Positions 1-14,046 of a stretch of DNA of 64,000 bases are shown in pieces. This DNA is from Tubiluchus corallicola (Eukaryota > Animalia > Priapulida), in contig JAQGDQ010000575.1 in the NCBI GenBank assembly GCA_030141605.1, positions 62,001 through 126,000 on the forward strand, read 5' to 3'. How positions within the stretch are numbered: position 1 is the stretch's first letter; every line of letters begins with the position of its first letter. Position numbers and translations under genes: made by a program. The notes under the pieces are model-generated. The model was given only the letters and a program-made list of their open reading frames with translations, was not told the origin of the DNA and ran no database searches.

Positions 1-1067
1 TGCACAAAAGTCTCACGGGGATGAAGAAAATGCACAACTAACAGTGAAATTAAGAGAAGTTTTTAACACAAAAGACTAAAGGCATGGTATCCATCGGGCG
101 TAAAGGGCATGATGTGTATCTCTGGTAATTTTATGCACAGCATGTGTGGCGAAGTCAGCGTTATAGATGACGATATGCGTAAAGCCAAGGCCAACCTCAA
201 TCGCGCGTTTACAGTAAGAGATTTACATGGGCGAACTTGACTTTTACTTCTAAAAACAAAAGCCCTGTTTAGAATGAGATTTAGGGATGCTAGGCTGGGT
301 AAGAAAAGCGGCGAGTTAGCAGCTAGTTAAGGAATTACACGCCGAAATGGCACGTGAATAAAGGGCTGAATTTTGCCGAACAAGCGTCGCTGAAATAATC
401 GCTTGTGAATCGGGGGATCAGAACGCCCATTTCGGCTTGTTTAGCTCGCGGCCTGTTGACTTTGGGATATCGTATTTTGCATTATTATGAATCAAGGTCA
501 GAAGAGTTGAGTCGACTAATCCTCAGCTAGCAGGAACATTTTTAAACTCTTTAGTTCCTCGTTTTGAAATGAAAACGCAACACCAACGAACAGGAAATTT
601 TACAACAACAGGATTTTACACAAGTAGCTACGCAAACACATTATTGTCTAAAAGCTTATAAAAGTTGCCCTTTTTTCTACAGACAATGCAGATCTGACAC
701 TGTATGTGTTGCTAGGGTAAACAATCTGCGCCCTGTGACGTCATCAAGCGTTAAAATTTTATATCATTATAGCAGAAACGCATTTTACACTTTATCTGCC
801 GGCTACCGGCTACCGGGTACGGTACCTAAATAGCATCATTACAATATTCTGCCAATTCCATCTTCATTAATATTTTTTTGATATCACATTGTTAGTTTTA
901 TGCTTCAAGTGATACGTAAAATTAAGGAAGTAACAATGACATGATAGTTCCTTATGGTTCGTCTTATTTCCAGAAAGGAGTTTTGATAAAGCTGTTTAGT
1001 AGTAGTGGTTCCGTTCGTCAGTAAGTCACGCACAAATTAGGCTATGGTTATAGTGAAGGTCACTATC

Positions 1068-1100
<33 letters not shown>
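1068..1100. repeat. (ATG)n microsatellite
   Basis: Perfect ATG/GAT trinucleotide run read directly. Confidence 0.95.
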
Positions 1101-2055
1101 TCACCTTTTTGCACGGAGAAAGCGCCAAATCAGTGTAAAAAGGGGCATTTAATTTTGAATAAAAACACACTTGCTTTAAATTACCACTTTTTGCAGCTGT
1201 GACGGTAATTAATGGACAGGTGTTTCACAGAAATCTCTCAGTGGAATTAGTGCCATGACTCATTACATCAAGAACTAGAAAAAATAGAATATTATATCAG
1301 AAAAAGTAAAAAAAAGTATTAAAACCCATATTTACGTAGACTAGTGATAATTGTTTTAGTTTAGCAGGTCTGTCACTTCTTACCTGTAATTTGATACCTC
1401 ACGCATAAACATCCACTAGTAAATATGAGTCACAGGCTGTGGTAGTCTGATATTACTCAGTTCAACTACAAACCTTTAGCTAAAAAATCTGCATATCGTT
1501 GTCTTGCACATTGTTCATTACTCAGCTATTATTTCGTTCTTTAGATCACCGTGTTTAATGATAAGGCAACCGGGCAGGTAACTAAACATCAAACAATACC
1601 GCCAACAGGTAAAGCTCGTCAGTTTTCTAGTGCACCAAGTGAACATATTTGAATAAAGTTTTTCCAAACGGAGAGAAGTTTGCTATTGATGTTTGAGTGG
1701 TGTAGGATTTGTTTGTATATCCGCGCCGGTTTCGAGTTTGAAATTACCTTTACTGACGTGCACCCCCCTAAAATAACTTCAGTTTTTCTCATCATGGGGT
1801 AATAACAATTAAAGGAAAACATTACACAAATCTAAACCATAATACAAAATTATCTACGGTTCCACAGTATACGATAATTATGATATCATATGATTTGACG
1901 TGATGAGATTTGTGATATGATATGATATGATATTATGTGATGTGATGTCATAAAAATACTCTGTAAGCTCATATATGTGGTGAGTGGTCTAAAGCAATGA
2001 CATGACAAGCATTCTCGGATCTAGACACCCATCTGTGTTACTGTGATAGAAAGCA

Positions 2056-2171
<116 letters not shown>

Positions 2172-4021
2172 GGGGAGGGGGAGGGGGGGGAGAAAGAAGA
2201 GAACACAGAGAAGTACAAGAAAAACTCCAACTATTTAAAACTAGTCTGACAATTTCGTCTATTCGTTTAAAAGTACTATCAAAAGCATTTTAGTCTTGAT
2301 GTAGCGATTGAGAACTAATGTTAGCATTAATAATGCGATAATAAACAGATATGATAATAATCTAGTTGATTATAACACTATTAAGGTAGCTTATCTATCT
2401 AATTAGTAAGTGCTTCAGCAAAAACTCTTCAAAAGCGGGGATGCAAACGCACGTCGGCACAGCCGGATGATTGCGGGTAATAACACTATTAATGGTTCCC
2501 CCAAGTCACTTCGTTTGATGCATTGCTTGCTTGAGTGGGTTACCAAAATTATTTTAAAGCGCTTACAGTTTTTCACAGCTCATGTAATCGTAACCGGAAA
2601 CTTGGAATAGAATGCTACAACATGATTAAAAAAAACTAATTTTTTAATTGTTCATTTTGCGCCATTTTTTAATAAACAATAGTATTATTGTTTGAAAAAG
2701 TGTTGTGATCGTTTTTTTTACATCTGGGAAACTGATGGAAAGAAATCGGGGATTTTGCGCAAGAATCGAACCAATACTCTTCTGGTAAACTGACCCTTCA
2801 CAGACCTGCGACGCAGTTAATCACTTCAGTTGCAGATACAGTATGTCCTCACTTCAAGATTAGTTTGATATCAACAACAGTAAGATGATTTCAATCTTTA
2901 AAAATCCGCAGTTTGCAATGAATTTAGTTTACGCTTGTTTATAAACCCCTTATTTATGTTATTTCTGCTATGACTTCTGCTCAGGATGTCAGGCATCACA
3001 GAACATCAGAAAGGGCTTATAAATGTAACTATATATGGCTCGCTCATGTCAGAATAAACAGAAATATACAGGCAACTACATATATTCCAGCACGAACTAT
3101 AAATTTGTTGCACATGCGCATTTATCATTGCACAATAATCAAGTTCAACTCACCATGTATTTCATTGATGCATTATGAAGTTCTCGACACATAAAAATTA
3201 CTTTTTTAATTTCTACTGCATGTTTATAAGTTAATACACAGCCACTCACAATTTTTCATGACTAAGATTTGTTGTGAAGTTGCCAGTCGCATAAAAAGTC
3301 ACTTTTTCAACTTCGTCACGTGCGCATAAACTTCTTCTATACACAGCTGTTCACGATTTTCATAAAATGAACGAACACACTGTTAAGTCACCTAATGAAA
3401 AAATAACGTAAACCAAGATAATATGACACGAGGCAAATAATACCAGTTGAACCCTGGTAAAAACCAAAGGGGTACGCGGCCTCTCTTGTTCTCCAGAAAC
3501 TGAAGTTAAACCTCCGCTCGCTTGCGCATGCGTGAAACACTTGTCTCACATTATCACCTCCAGCTAATTTGGAAGGAAAATGAGGATGAAAATTTAAAAC
3601 AATGTTGTTTTTAGACAACACCTGTGCAGCACGCCTCACCCCGCGACGTGTTAAATCTGACTTCTCTATTCCGAAATAACAACGAAATGCGTTTCCAAAT
3701 ACAGCAACAAGGCCAGATTTTAGCCTGAGAATAGCTTAGCCTTGACTCAACAAAAAACCGGTAAATCCCTCACTTTAAAAACAGTTTGTAACCAATAGTA
3801 AGCTAAGAGATTTAGTTTGCCTGAGATAAGTGAAAAACGCAAGTATTGTGCATCTGTCAAGATGATGAAAGAAAGTATTTATGGTGAACAATCAATAGTA
3901 GTGGAATATAAACGCAAGACATTTGACTTCAAAATCTTACATACTCGCACGGGAAAGTGACGATTCTTAACGTGGCTTTTGATACCCATTTGTTAGCTCT
4001 AGTATAATCGTTACTCGGGAG

Positions 4022-4397
4022 TAGAGGGTGAGCATTCTCTATCAGAAAGCGAATTCGAATCGAATCGAATTTGTGACTTTTGAATTCGAATCGAACCGAA
4101 CTATAGATTTTCGAATTAAGATTGAAAGATTTTCGAACAAGTTTTCGAACCACCAACAAAAATTAGTCTGACAAATATCATGCATATTAAAAGACTTTGT
4201 TCTGCAGTGAAACTCTTACTAATTTATTTAAAAATTTTGCACTGAAATTACGCTTATTTCATGATGTTTCAAAGATTTTAATGAGAAAGAACACATGCGG
4301 TTGAAATGCTGAATAATTCGAATCTATAGTTTAAGGTTCGAACCGAATTAGAACTAAAAAAACCGTTCGAAACTAGAACGTTCAACGCTCAGCCCTA
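4022..4397. mobile_element. Non-autonomous hAT-type MITE with TTCGAA-rich subterminal repeats
   Basis: Ends TAGAGGGTGAGCAT ... GCTCAGCCCTA (imperfect TIR). Flanking 8-mers CTCGGGAG (4014-4021) and CTCAGGAG (4398-4405) match 7/8; 8-bp TSDs are characteristic of hAT. Homologous copies at 57.4 and 57.8 kb. Confidence 0.85.
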
Positions 4398-7300
4398 CTC
4401 AGGAGAGGTGAAAGTCTTCTTCGAATTTTTACAAAAATGTGATCAATTCAAACCCTGTGACAGGCTTGCAAGTGTTAAATTAATGTTATTAATAATCAAA
4501 TTATGAATGATTGAACAATACCCACGAAGCCATGTTATCCGAGAATGACTGAGCCTAAGCACATTTGCTCTTGTTGGTTACATAATTATAATGCTCTTAT
4601 TAGATTACTTGGATCTCCTGTTATTCACGTAATACAACCCTGACAATTCTCCTTTCTAAGAGCAGCCTATTGGGGATAATTATATAATGCAATATTTCCC
4701 ATTTCCCACCTACACTTTCTACTGTTAAATATTAATTAATACGAGATGGTACTATTCATTCGAAGTAGTCCCAAAATGCGGTATCTGACTTTGACCTCAG
4801 TGTCAAGGTCACATAAATAAACCAAATTATACTATTATTTTTGTCATTAACTTCTAAATGTCAGTAGTTTGGTTATTGTACCCACTTTCTGCTTCTTGTC
4901 AGGTTTCTACTCCTGCTCGTCCTACATGCAGAACAACTGTTTACCAATCCAGTTTTTCTTCGGGTCTCTTATCTATGGAATTCCCTACCAGAAATTAATT
5001 TAACTTCAAACTCAGTCACTTCAACAACAACGCTAAAATAGGTACACGCTATCAATAGAAATTTTTTACAAGAACTCTAATGTTCTGGATTGATACATTG
5101 TGATATTTCCAAAATATCATCAAACCCTCAAGTATATAGAACTGTAATTTTTGTCCTTATAGCAAAGCTCCATCCACGGTAAAACTATCAAAGCCACCAA
5201 ACAAGATTGACGCCCGAACGTGTACATAATTATTCCAACGTCAACAAATAGAATTTGAAACAAAAAATATCCCCTGCACTCTTTCAGTTTTAACACGCGC
5301 TGTTTGTTATTGCTGCAAACGCTACTCTCATTACGCGAGAATTAACAGTGAACAGTTCAAAATGGCGGCGCGAAAAACAAATATTATTCTTGGAGTTTTT
5401 CTTCACAATTCAGCCACCAGCATGCGTCAGTGTAGATGGAAAATTAATGAGCTGCGTAATTTATTCAAGCAAAACATGAAATTCTGAAAATACTCATCTA
5501 AGGCATCCGGAAAATGCGATACGCTTACGACGGATGCTCATATTTGTGTGTTGAATAACCGGCGGCCATATTGGCAAATCTTAATAAGTCAGATGAAGTG
5601 TAATTTGCTAAATTCCATCTGTTTCGTATTTTCTAGTTTGTAGGATTGTTTGTTTTGCACAATATTCTCGTTTCAAAACACCAGCTCAAAGTTCCGACGT
5701 AGAATCAACAGACGTCGGTCGGTGCGTGATCGTATACGCTTATATTGGAATCACGGACTTTGTAGCAGTGATTCTTCCACAGTTACTATTAAAACATAAT
5801 TATAGCGATGAGCAATTACACAACAGCTACTGAAGCGAGGCAGCCAATTCTTCATTTAGCGATTGATTATCAGTTTCAAAACGGTGGGATGGCAGAAGAT
5901 ACGTGTTCAAAACTTCTCGCCGCTTTTTTTTTGTTCAAAACATATATCTTCTAGTTTATTTGCAGTATTGAAGGCTAACGTTGCAGCTTAAATGTTGTTT
6001 TTTGTTTCAACAATCATTTTGTAAAATAACTATTTTTACGGCTTCTTATTGTGACTTTATATAGTTTTACCTTTTTACTGAACTAAAGAAGACTTGAATT
6101 GAATTTGAAAGGCCTAATTTTTTTCTAAACTTATGTTTTACTTTTTTAAAGATTCTCATGCAATAAATTAAATGATATATAAGAAAGATAACTTGTATAA
6201 TTTATAGTTTCTGTGGCGATTAAAACAAACTAATACAGAAACCATTGACATATTCATCAATAATACTTAATCCACGTGATTTGATATGCAAAGATTATAC
6301 ATTGTAGATATATTAGCAAACATTTTAATTCAAATAATGGTTATTAATTGATCAATGTGTAAATGGGCCAGTATATAGACTCTAAACTCGCTAACACAAA
6401 AATTGTATACTTCGCATAATTTTAAAATACACAGTCTAAGATCTTACTATAGTTTTTTTATCAGTTTTTTTTACTTAGCAACAGTAGATTATGTCACAGT
6501 CAGCGTCTGCTGGTTGTTATGTTTTTCCCGCCACACATGTCCTCCCACACAATCGAAGCTCTTCTGTTTGACTTACTCATCTGCTGTGAATGAAACTCGA
6601 TGCGACAGCTAGAGACTGAACAGACGAGGAGATAACTTTGCACGTTGCACAGATACTGTGAGATAAACAGATTTATTAATATAACATATAGGGGTCTTTT
6701 CCTGAACTTGAGCTACATTGGTATTTAAAAAACCGCTCAAAAATTGTTTCATTAATACAGCAATGCATAAACGACTGAAGATTCATACTAAACTGTCAGT
6801 TTTCTGAAGCTTAAACTGCATAGAGTTACAAAAGCAGGACAATTTTTCAGAATTTTTGTTGTCGATAGATTCTTAACATTTACGAAGAATTATCGATTTT
6901 TGTAGGCCGGAAATGCAGTTGCCGTACTATTTCCGTATAAGCCTACGTCAAAAAGTGACCACATGTGTCATCACGTGAGTATGATGCTTAATAAATTACA
7001 TGTAAGTCCAATTAGCAGATGTAATACAGACATCATGGGTCTTCCACATGTTGGCTTTAACGCTCACTTATACCCCATATAGAAAAGAAACAGTTAGTGC
7101 CCCCTATGGTGACACTTGATCTGAGAAAACGTGCGTGTAGTTCTCATGTGAACGCAAAGTGACTCACCCCAGAGAGCTAAACATTCTGCTTTCTCCCGTA
7201 ACTTCTGTGTGTCTGTGACATCTTATCTGCCCAGATGCCGCTTTGATAGCTGTTCATTTGGTAGGTTGAACGGCGCTGAGTTGCTTTAAGCTGGGATAAC

Positions 7301-7945
7301 AAGGCGTAAAACTAGGGATCTCAAATCCAGAGATCTTGGACAGTTCCGAATTCGGGGTTACTCCTGTTAATTCATCCAGATCCAAGGATTAGCGTGAAAC
7401 ACAAGTTCAGGAATGTACTTCGCGCGATGTAAAGTTTAGTTAGTAGCGCAACATACTGTAGATTCATTGCCTTTCGTGCAAGCGTACTTGAAAACTTTTA
7501 ATATGATAATTTAGGATGTAATATGATAATGTTATTTTTAAATTTTTGTCACAACAATAGCAATACGGTTTATACCCATTTTATAATCACATTTTATTTC
7601 TTCCTAGAGCTTTTTAAAAAATGTTACGTGATTATGTTAAGTTTAATTAACAGGAGTAAGTTTAGGAGCGATTAACCTTTTGGCTAATAACCCTATAGCC
7701 TTAAGCCCCAAATTTTAATATAGTTCTGAGACTGACGACCAATAGATAGAGACATTACTATTTTAGTAAACAGGATAACAAAATTATTTAAACTGAACAA
7801 GCTAAAGACAAGTAGTTTTCCTTTTTTGTGCATTGCCAGTCAGTAATCGAGTGGTTGAGCTTTATACTGTCCGTAAAATATTTTATTTTTCACTGTACGC
7901 CCACACATTAGGACACAGGAAAGTACAGGATGCTTCACCACGAAA

Positions 7946-8136
7946 CATTTAGACACAGGTAGACTTGGCCACATACGCAACTTGACCATGTCTGTTTCGG
8001 ACGCATAGGTCATTGCACACATGGGTCATTTGGACACATAAATCATTTAGACACAGGTAGTCTTTCCCAAATACGCAACTTGACAATGTCTGTTTCGGAC
8101 GCATAGATCATTGTACACATGGGTCATTTGGACACA
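7946..8136. repeat. Tandem duplication, 98-bp unit x2
   Basis: CATTTAGACACAGGTAG...GGTCATTTGGACACA occurs at 7946 and again at 8044. Confidence 0.9.
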
Positions 8137-9010
8137 AGCATTTGACATTTCTAAGACTAGGACATGTGCAGCACATTTCTCATTGTCCAATGTAAAAGAT
8201 ACGGGGGTCCCTAAGCTTGTAAAGAGAAGGGCATTTAGACATGCTCAATGTACTTCTCATTGTCCAACGCTTTAGAATCTTCATCAGACGTAACGAACAG
8301 CAACTCTCACACTAGTCCCTTCGTTTGTTGATAGCCGTAGGCCCATGAAACCCTAAATCCACCCCGAGTAAGTTAGGCAAATCTCTCATTACAGAAGCTG
8401 CTAAGGTTGGAGAAATTAACACTCTAGAAGAACTTGATGCACAATCACAAAGTCGCGAAGCGGATGGCGGAGTCCGGAAAAGTTTTGCACTTCACTGTTT
8501 AACTACTTCATACGATGTTGTGAATGTTTTCAATGACCTAGGTTAATTTTGGCAAGCATGTACATAATAAAATCAAAATAAACATTTAGTTCAATCAATT
8601 CCTTTGACGCTCTTTGTAGGAGGTGCAAAATTTAACCAAACATTTTAGGGATGCGGTAAGCGCAGTACAATTTCAGCTTTAAAGCCACAAGGAAGCCCTC
8701 AACTTGCATGAAGTTTTAAAAATTTGTCTTGAAATTTTATATCACTTACATACTGCCTTTTTACGTACAGGACTTCAATCGGCAGTCACGCTGTATAAAA
8801 TATGTAAATTTAAACTCCAGCGATGACCGTTAGACGCAGCCATTGTGACATTTGTCACTAAGTCTTTTGAAACAAGTTTAGATAACATTGTGTATTGAGT
8901 AAGGTCTGAAAAAATAATCAGGGCATTCGTAGCGCACACGTCACTAACTAAATAAATTTAAAATTACTGTATCTTGTCAGTAAGATTAAAATACGTTTTT
9001 GGTTAGTGAG

Positions 9011-9363
9011 TGGTGCACCCTGGAGGCTGAGTCAGCGACATTTTACCAATTCGTGAAAGCATTTTAAATAATTAATAATTTTCTTTTCTAGTTACATAAG
9101 TCTTTCAAGCAGCTGACCGAAATGCTAGGTAATATAATTTTGCTCGGAAAGTTTTTTGGGGACATAATTTAACGTTTCCTTTTCTTCCTCTGATTTACGT
9201 TTGCGTGGTGACGTCATGTAGGTGCCGTCGGAACAGTATTGCGGGAAATTTAAAATGAAAATAAACAAAAATTCCTTTCAACGCGAGTACGATATGTGCA
9301 TAAAATTGTTATAAAGTAATATAATTTTTAAGGCGATTTTTGAAGCCTACATCAGGTGCCCCT
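9011..9363. mobile_element. Possible MITE with degenerate TIRs
   Basis: GGTGCACCCTGGAGGCT at the left resembles the reverse complement of AGCCTACATCAGGTGCCCC at the right; no clear TSD. Confidence 0.35.
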
Positions 9364-10626
9364 TTTCTTGTCCTTTAAGTCAAAAAACTATGGAAATGGC
9401 GAAGCAATGCTCCAAATTTAGTTTCAATACTTTGAGAATTTGAGGATATCACAAAAGGACAAAACAGAAGTCAATACAGCATGAACAATGAGTGGTCAGA
9501 TAACATTTAAACTTTTCCAACATAAACTTTACATTTTCAAGCAACGTTTACTGTGTTTTTATAGTTATGTATGCTGACTCCCTGCAAGCAACAACTTGTC
9601 GGCAAATGCAACTTACAAAGGTTTATTAAGGAAATAGACCCAGTCAAACAGTCTACCGAGCGTGAATTAAATAAATTAACTCTGTACAACCGAACTTCTA
9701 CGGAACCACTCACTATAAATCATTTATAATGACTGTCTTCATCTTCAAAATACATTTCAACAAAGCCGCCTAAGACAAATACAGAATCAAAATAGAGCTT
9801 GATTTCAACTGGTACTGTTCCAACCAAGCAGCAAGATTCTTAACTTACACCGTCCGTGTAGACATAAACAATGAGATAATTAAACTCAGGTGCCTCAGAT
9901 AATCAAGCAGGTAATCGAAGGTGTAAATAAAGCGTAAATCACGTGCCTAGGTATATAAACGCCAAGGTTACGAATTTCAGCATCAGCGTTGCAATCAGGT
10001 TTCCATTTTAACGTATGTTACCTGCAGACATGCAAATTGCCATATAAGGGTAAGCGGGTATACCTGTAATCACACCATATACGTAGCGCTAATGTAAGTG
10101 CTGTTATAATAGTTCTAAATGGTATCAAATTACGCATGTATGATTGATATACTATTTACATGCGATTATAATCTGTCTGCAAGAGAACACAAGCAATTCA
10201 TGCTCGCACGCTTGAGGTCAAAAAGATTACCAAACCATTAAAGCAAAAATTGCAATTGAAATGAAAACAGTCGGGGTTTCTATGCAATAACAAAGGGTTA
10301 AGGATGCCTGGTAAACTGCGCGGGGATTTATGGTTCGCACATAGCAAGGTGAATTGTGTCACAGGCCAAGGGAACATATTAAAAGTTCTTAATGAAAATT
10401 ACGATTAGATTATGATTAGATTTTGACATGAATGAACTGAACGATATTTACTAAAAAGCCCGTGCTGAATACGCCAAGGCTAGGTGAGTAATTTTCCAAG
10501 GTTATTAATTATCGTCCTACGCAGACTCTTTGTCAAATGAATAAAGGTGCATTAAATGTTCTAAAATGGAAAACTCACAGGCAATTTACATAACTGCGTG
10601 TAGGATGGAGATGTATATAATTTATT

Positions 10627-11010
10627 TATAGTAGTAGTAGTAGTACAATCTTTATTTGCCATTTTAAAAACATTGACCATCATAATAAAAGACAGACAAT
10701 CAGTGTTAGTTCATATAAAAATATGCACTGTTCTGGGCAAATGCGTCATCGTGCAAGCTAAACTATAAGTGCAACTAGAAATTCAAAAATAAAATATAAA
10801 CTAGTTTAGTAAGGTCTAGGGAAAATGAAATTATGATTTGAGTGAGTATCATCGTGTTCGTATGTTGGATATTCAAAACGAGTCATTAAATGTTTTTTAA
10901 ATGATAAAGAGCTGCTGTGTTTTAGTGATGTCGGTAAAGAATTCCAAAGTTGTATTGCTTGCTTAGTAATTGAATAAGGGTTTTAGCGACAGCTTCTAGT
11001 TAAATAACTT
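10627..11010 (-). mobile_element. CR1/L2-type LINE 3' fragment
   Basis: Minus strand reads YSITKQAIQLWNSLPTSLKHSSSLSFKKHL (the LWNxLP...FKxxL ORF2 C-terminus), followed by AATAAA and a (TAC)n tail. Confidence 0.7.
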
Positions 11011-11326
11011 AAATTGTAAATGTGTATAAAAGATATAATTATGTCTATACGTGTGCAACTCCGGCTATAGGCTGACGTATTTACATAGTTTATTAGATTT
11101 GCACATTACATACATGTTGAACAACCGAGACAATGTATAGCGATATCAAAGCCCTAAAAAGCAAGTATGTTAGTGGGGTGCTTACGAAGTGAGAATACTT
11201 GTGTGAAGTACTCCAGGATGCAGAGGAAGGAAGAAAGGGTATGAAAAAGCATTGAAAAGAAAGACAAGAAGATAAGTAAAGAAAGACAGCGTGATACAGA
11301 GTTAAAAACTGTATCGTGATCGATGT

Positions 11327-11514
11327 ATCAGAGTAAATTGCACATTAACGTGAGTAATCAGAGTAAATTGCACATTAACGCGAGTAATCAGAGTAAATTC
11401 CACATTAACGTGAGTAATCAGAGTAAATTCCACATTAACGTGAGTAATCAGAGTAAATTCCACATTAACGTGAGTAATCAGAGTAAATTCCACATCAACG
11501 TGAGTAATCAGAGT
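11327..11514. repeat. 30-bp minisatellite, about 6 copies
   Basis: Unit ATCAGAGTAAATTCCACATTAACGTGAGTA; it explains the repetitive ORFs 11302..11589. Confidence 0.95.
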
Positions 11515-13494
11515 GAGTTTGCCAATGCTAGATATAGAGAGTGTAAGCAAGCACAATTATTAGTAATGTTCAAAAACATATTTATTTGAATTTTCTTTTG
11601 AAGATAAAAATTGATCTTCAAAGTTTAATATCTTGAATACTTAATATCTTCCACGATTTATAATTCTGTAATACGTTTACACGCCTGTATAAACGTATGC
11701 GTACGTTTAAAACAAAACTAAAGAAAAATATCTTACAATAATTACAACAATTCTGTTTTACTGGATCAGTTTTCATTTACACATTTCTATACTGTAACGC
11801 TTACGACGAGTACCACTATGGTCTTTGTTAGCAGCGATTTGTATAAAAAAATTATAAATACAAAACATTTCCTAATTTTGGGTTTTGCAACATATAAAAA
11901 ATTGTTTTTTGTAATAGCAGTTTGTAAATTATTGAACATATTTATGCTAACTAAATTTTCATTAATTATTTTTGTAGAGAATTTAGAATCGGAATTCTAA
12001 TTAAGTAAGCCAGAAACAGGAAATATTGGCGTTGAGCTATTAATTGAATTTCGAGTTTCAGCCGTATCTCATCAGACTGCAACTTATAAGCTCATGGAGA
12101 ATTTTGCAGATATAGCTAAAAAAATTAAGAAAAAAGATTATAGGACAAAATAGTGTAGACCCAATACTACTCTCCTGCTTGCATAGAAAGATTTCTGTGA
12201 AGACAATATTATATATGTAAACTAACAATTTAATGCGTTTATATAATACACAGACTTACGTAATATTTAGGATTAATTTGACAATTTCTTGTAGAAATTC
12301 AGGAAAATCAGAATGTATAGAATAGGCTCGTGTGAACATTAACGAGCCTGCATGTGTGAAACGCTCTTAGACAGCTGTTAATCTATGGGTAAAGGGTAAA
12401 ATACCCAATAGTGTCACACGGTGAACACATTTGGTATAACCTTTATACATGTAAAAGATTTACAAATATTTGGCAACGTAGCTTCAAGACAGGCAAGAAC
12501 AAGTCATATCTTCAGCACTAAACTTGGGTACAAAACAAACTTAAACTTGCCAATGTTGCGTATACGTGGAAGCCGCGAAATACTGTTACTGTCATTGTAT
12601 AATGAACAAAATTATGAAAAAATATTATTCAACAAATACCTAACGCGTCTCGTGCTCTCTCAAATCAGTTTAGGTATTTTTTTAAATAACAAATTTCTTT
12701 GCATAACTTTGCTGATTGTACCACGATTGTACCAAAGAAGTGATTTTTAAACATATATAATCAATTTTCTATGCTGGCTATACAAAAACTGTTTAAAAAA
12801 CGCTTGAAAAATGGGCATTCTTATGTGCACTGCGATGGAATAACGTAATCATTAGTAAAATGTATCGATAAAGATGAGAGATTGTGTACTTATTAAAAGA
12901 CATTGTCACACTAACAGTACAAATTCAGTAAATGTTTGATAGACTTTTTAGTAGACTACAGTGCCGAAATAACCAAATGCAAAAACTGCTGGCCTTTACT
13001 CGTGCGTTCACGTTCAATTAATTAGTACGGAATACGAAGCATTTGATTATCGAGTTTTTCTGTCTAACTACGTAGATAAGTCATTTAGAATGCTATTTAG
13101 CGTTGCCGTGGAACCTGTTTTATTGCAAAAGATTCAGAGTATGGAATAACTCTATTGTGACGTCACAGTGATAAAAACTGCCTAGAAACTTAATGAATGA
13201 AGAACAACATCATAACGAAAACAGCGTAACGACGAAAGTAATCTGTTCGTCAAAAATCCATGTAATATTAGAGAACGTTTTTAAGTACAGAAATATAAGA
13301 ACTAAACGTAGAAACGTTTTACGAAATGTAAGCTCAATGTCTATAAAAAATTCTAGGTAAAGAAGCATCAGAACAAAATGTAAGATACATTTCTTTAAAT
13401 AATTCTTTTTTAAGTAAGGAATGAAAACTGTGCAGAACGTTCTGCAAACAAAAAGTATAACTTAAAAGAATTAAAGGTGTTTAATTGTTTTTAC

Positions 13495-13662
13495 CTGCCT
13501 TTGTGACCTTGAATACCTGCAATAACCTGGATGGGTGACCAGGGCTTCACTCTTCAGTTGTGTCAAGCGCTTGTCCGTTGCTTGCGTCACATCCGGCACG
13601 ATCTGATCGTCCTCAAAAACTTCGTTTTCGTTAATGGAAACACTACATAAACCCTCTTCCAT
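13495..13662 (-). CDS. Probable first coding exon of an unidentified gene (MEEGLCSVS...HPGYCRYSRSQRQ); remaining exons not located
   Basis: ATG in good context (GCAATGG), 56 open codons with protein-like composition ending at a CAG|GTAAAA phase-0 donor, and promoter motifs about 300 bp upstream. Family not recognised. Confidence 0.55.
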
Positions 13663-13962
13663 TGCTTGTCACCGAACGAGTGACCTCTGGTCACTTGTTC
13701 TATTCAGTCCTGTTTGAATTTCCTTGTGTACTTTGGGTATCGAGTTGTATGTTGTGTTGTTTACTGTGTACAGGGCTAGTGCGCTCACAGCTAATGTGTT
13801 TGATTAAGCCTGCTGGGTAGCACAAACCTTTAGCTCATCACAGTCTTACACAGTACAACCAGCACTAGTCTCATTAGTAGTGAGATACAACTGTTTGACT
13901 AAGACTAATAAGTGATCTAAACGAACTGTCTTACATCAGATCTACATTCCTATTCAACGCTC

Positions 13963-14046
13963 ATTGGTCGACACTGCAGTCACGTGCAAAAAATGGGTTG
14001 AGCCAAAGCAGTAAGCAAGCGCTGATTGGATGATATCATTACTCAT
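13963..14046 (-). promoter_or_regulatory. Putative promoter: two CCAAT boxes flanking an E-box
   Basis: ATTGG at 13963 and CTGATTGG at 14022-14029 (CCAAT on the minus strand), GTCACGTG at 13979-13986, upstream of the 13662 ATG. Confidence 0.45.

Noticed and set aside
8264-8292. Minus-strand CTGATGA hammerhead-like remnant
   Set aside because: Core reads TAAAG rather than GAAA, stem II is essentially absent and no PLE ORF is adjacent.
11327-11514. CRISPR-like arrays (also 42400, 46321, 49767, 51790)
   Set aside because: Contiguous tandem units without unique spacers, in eukaryotic DNA with no cas genes.
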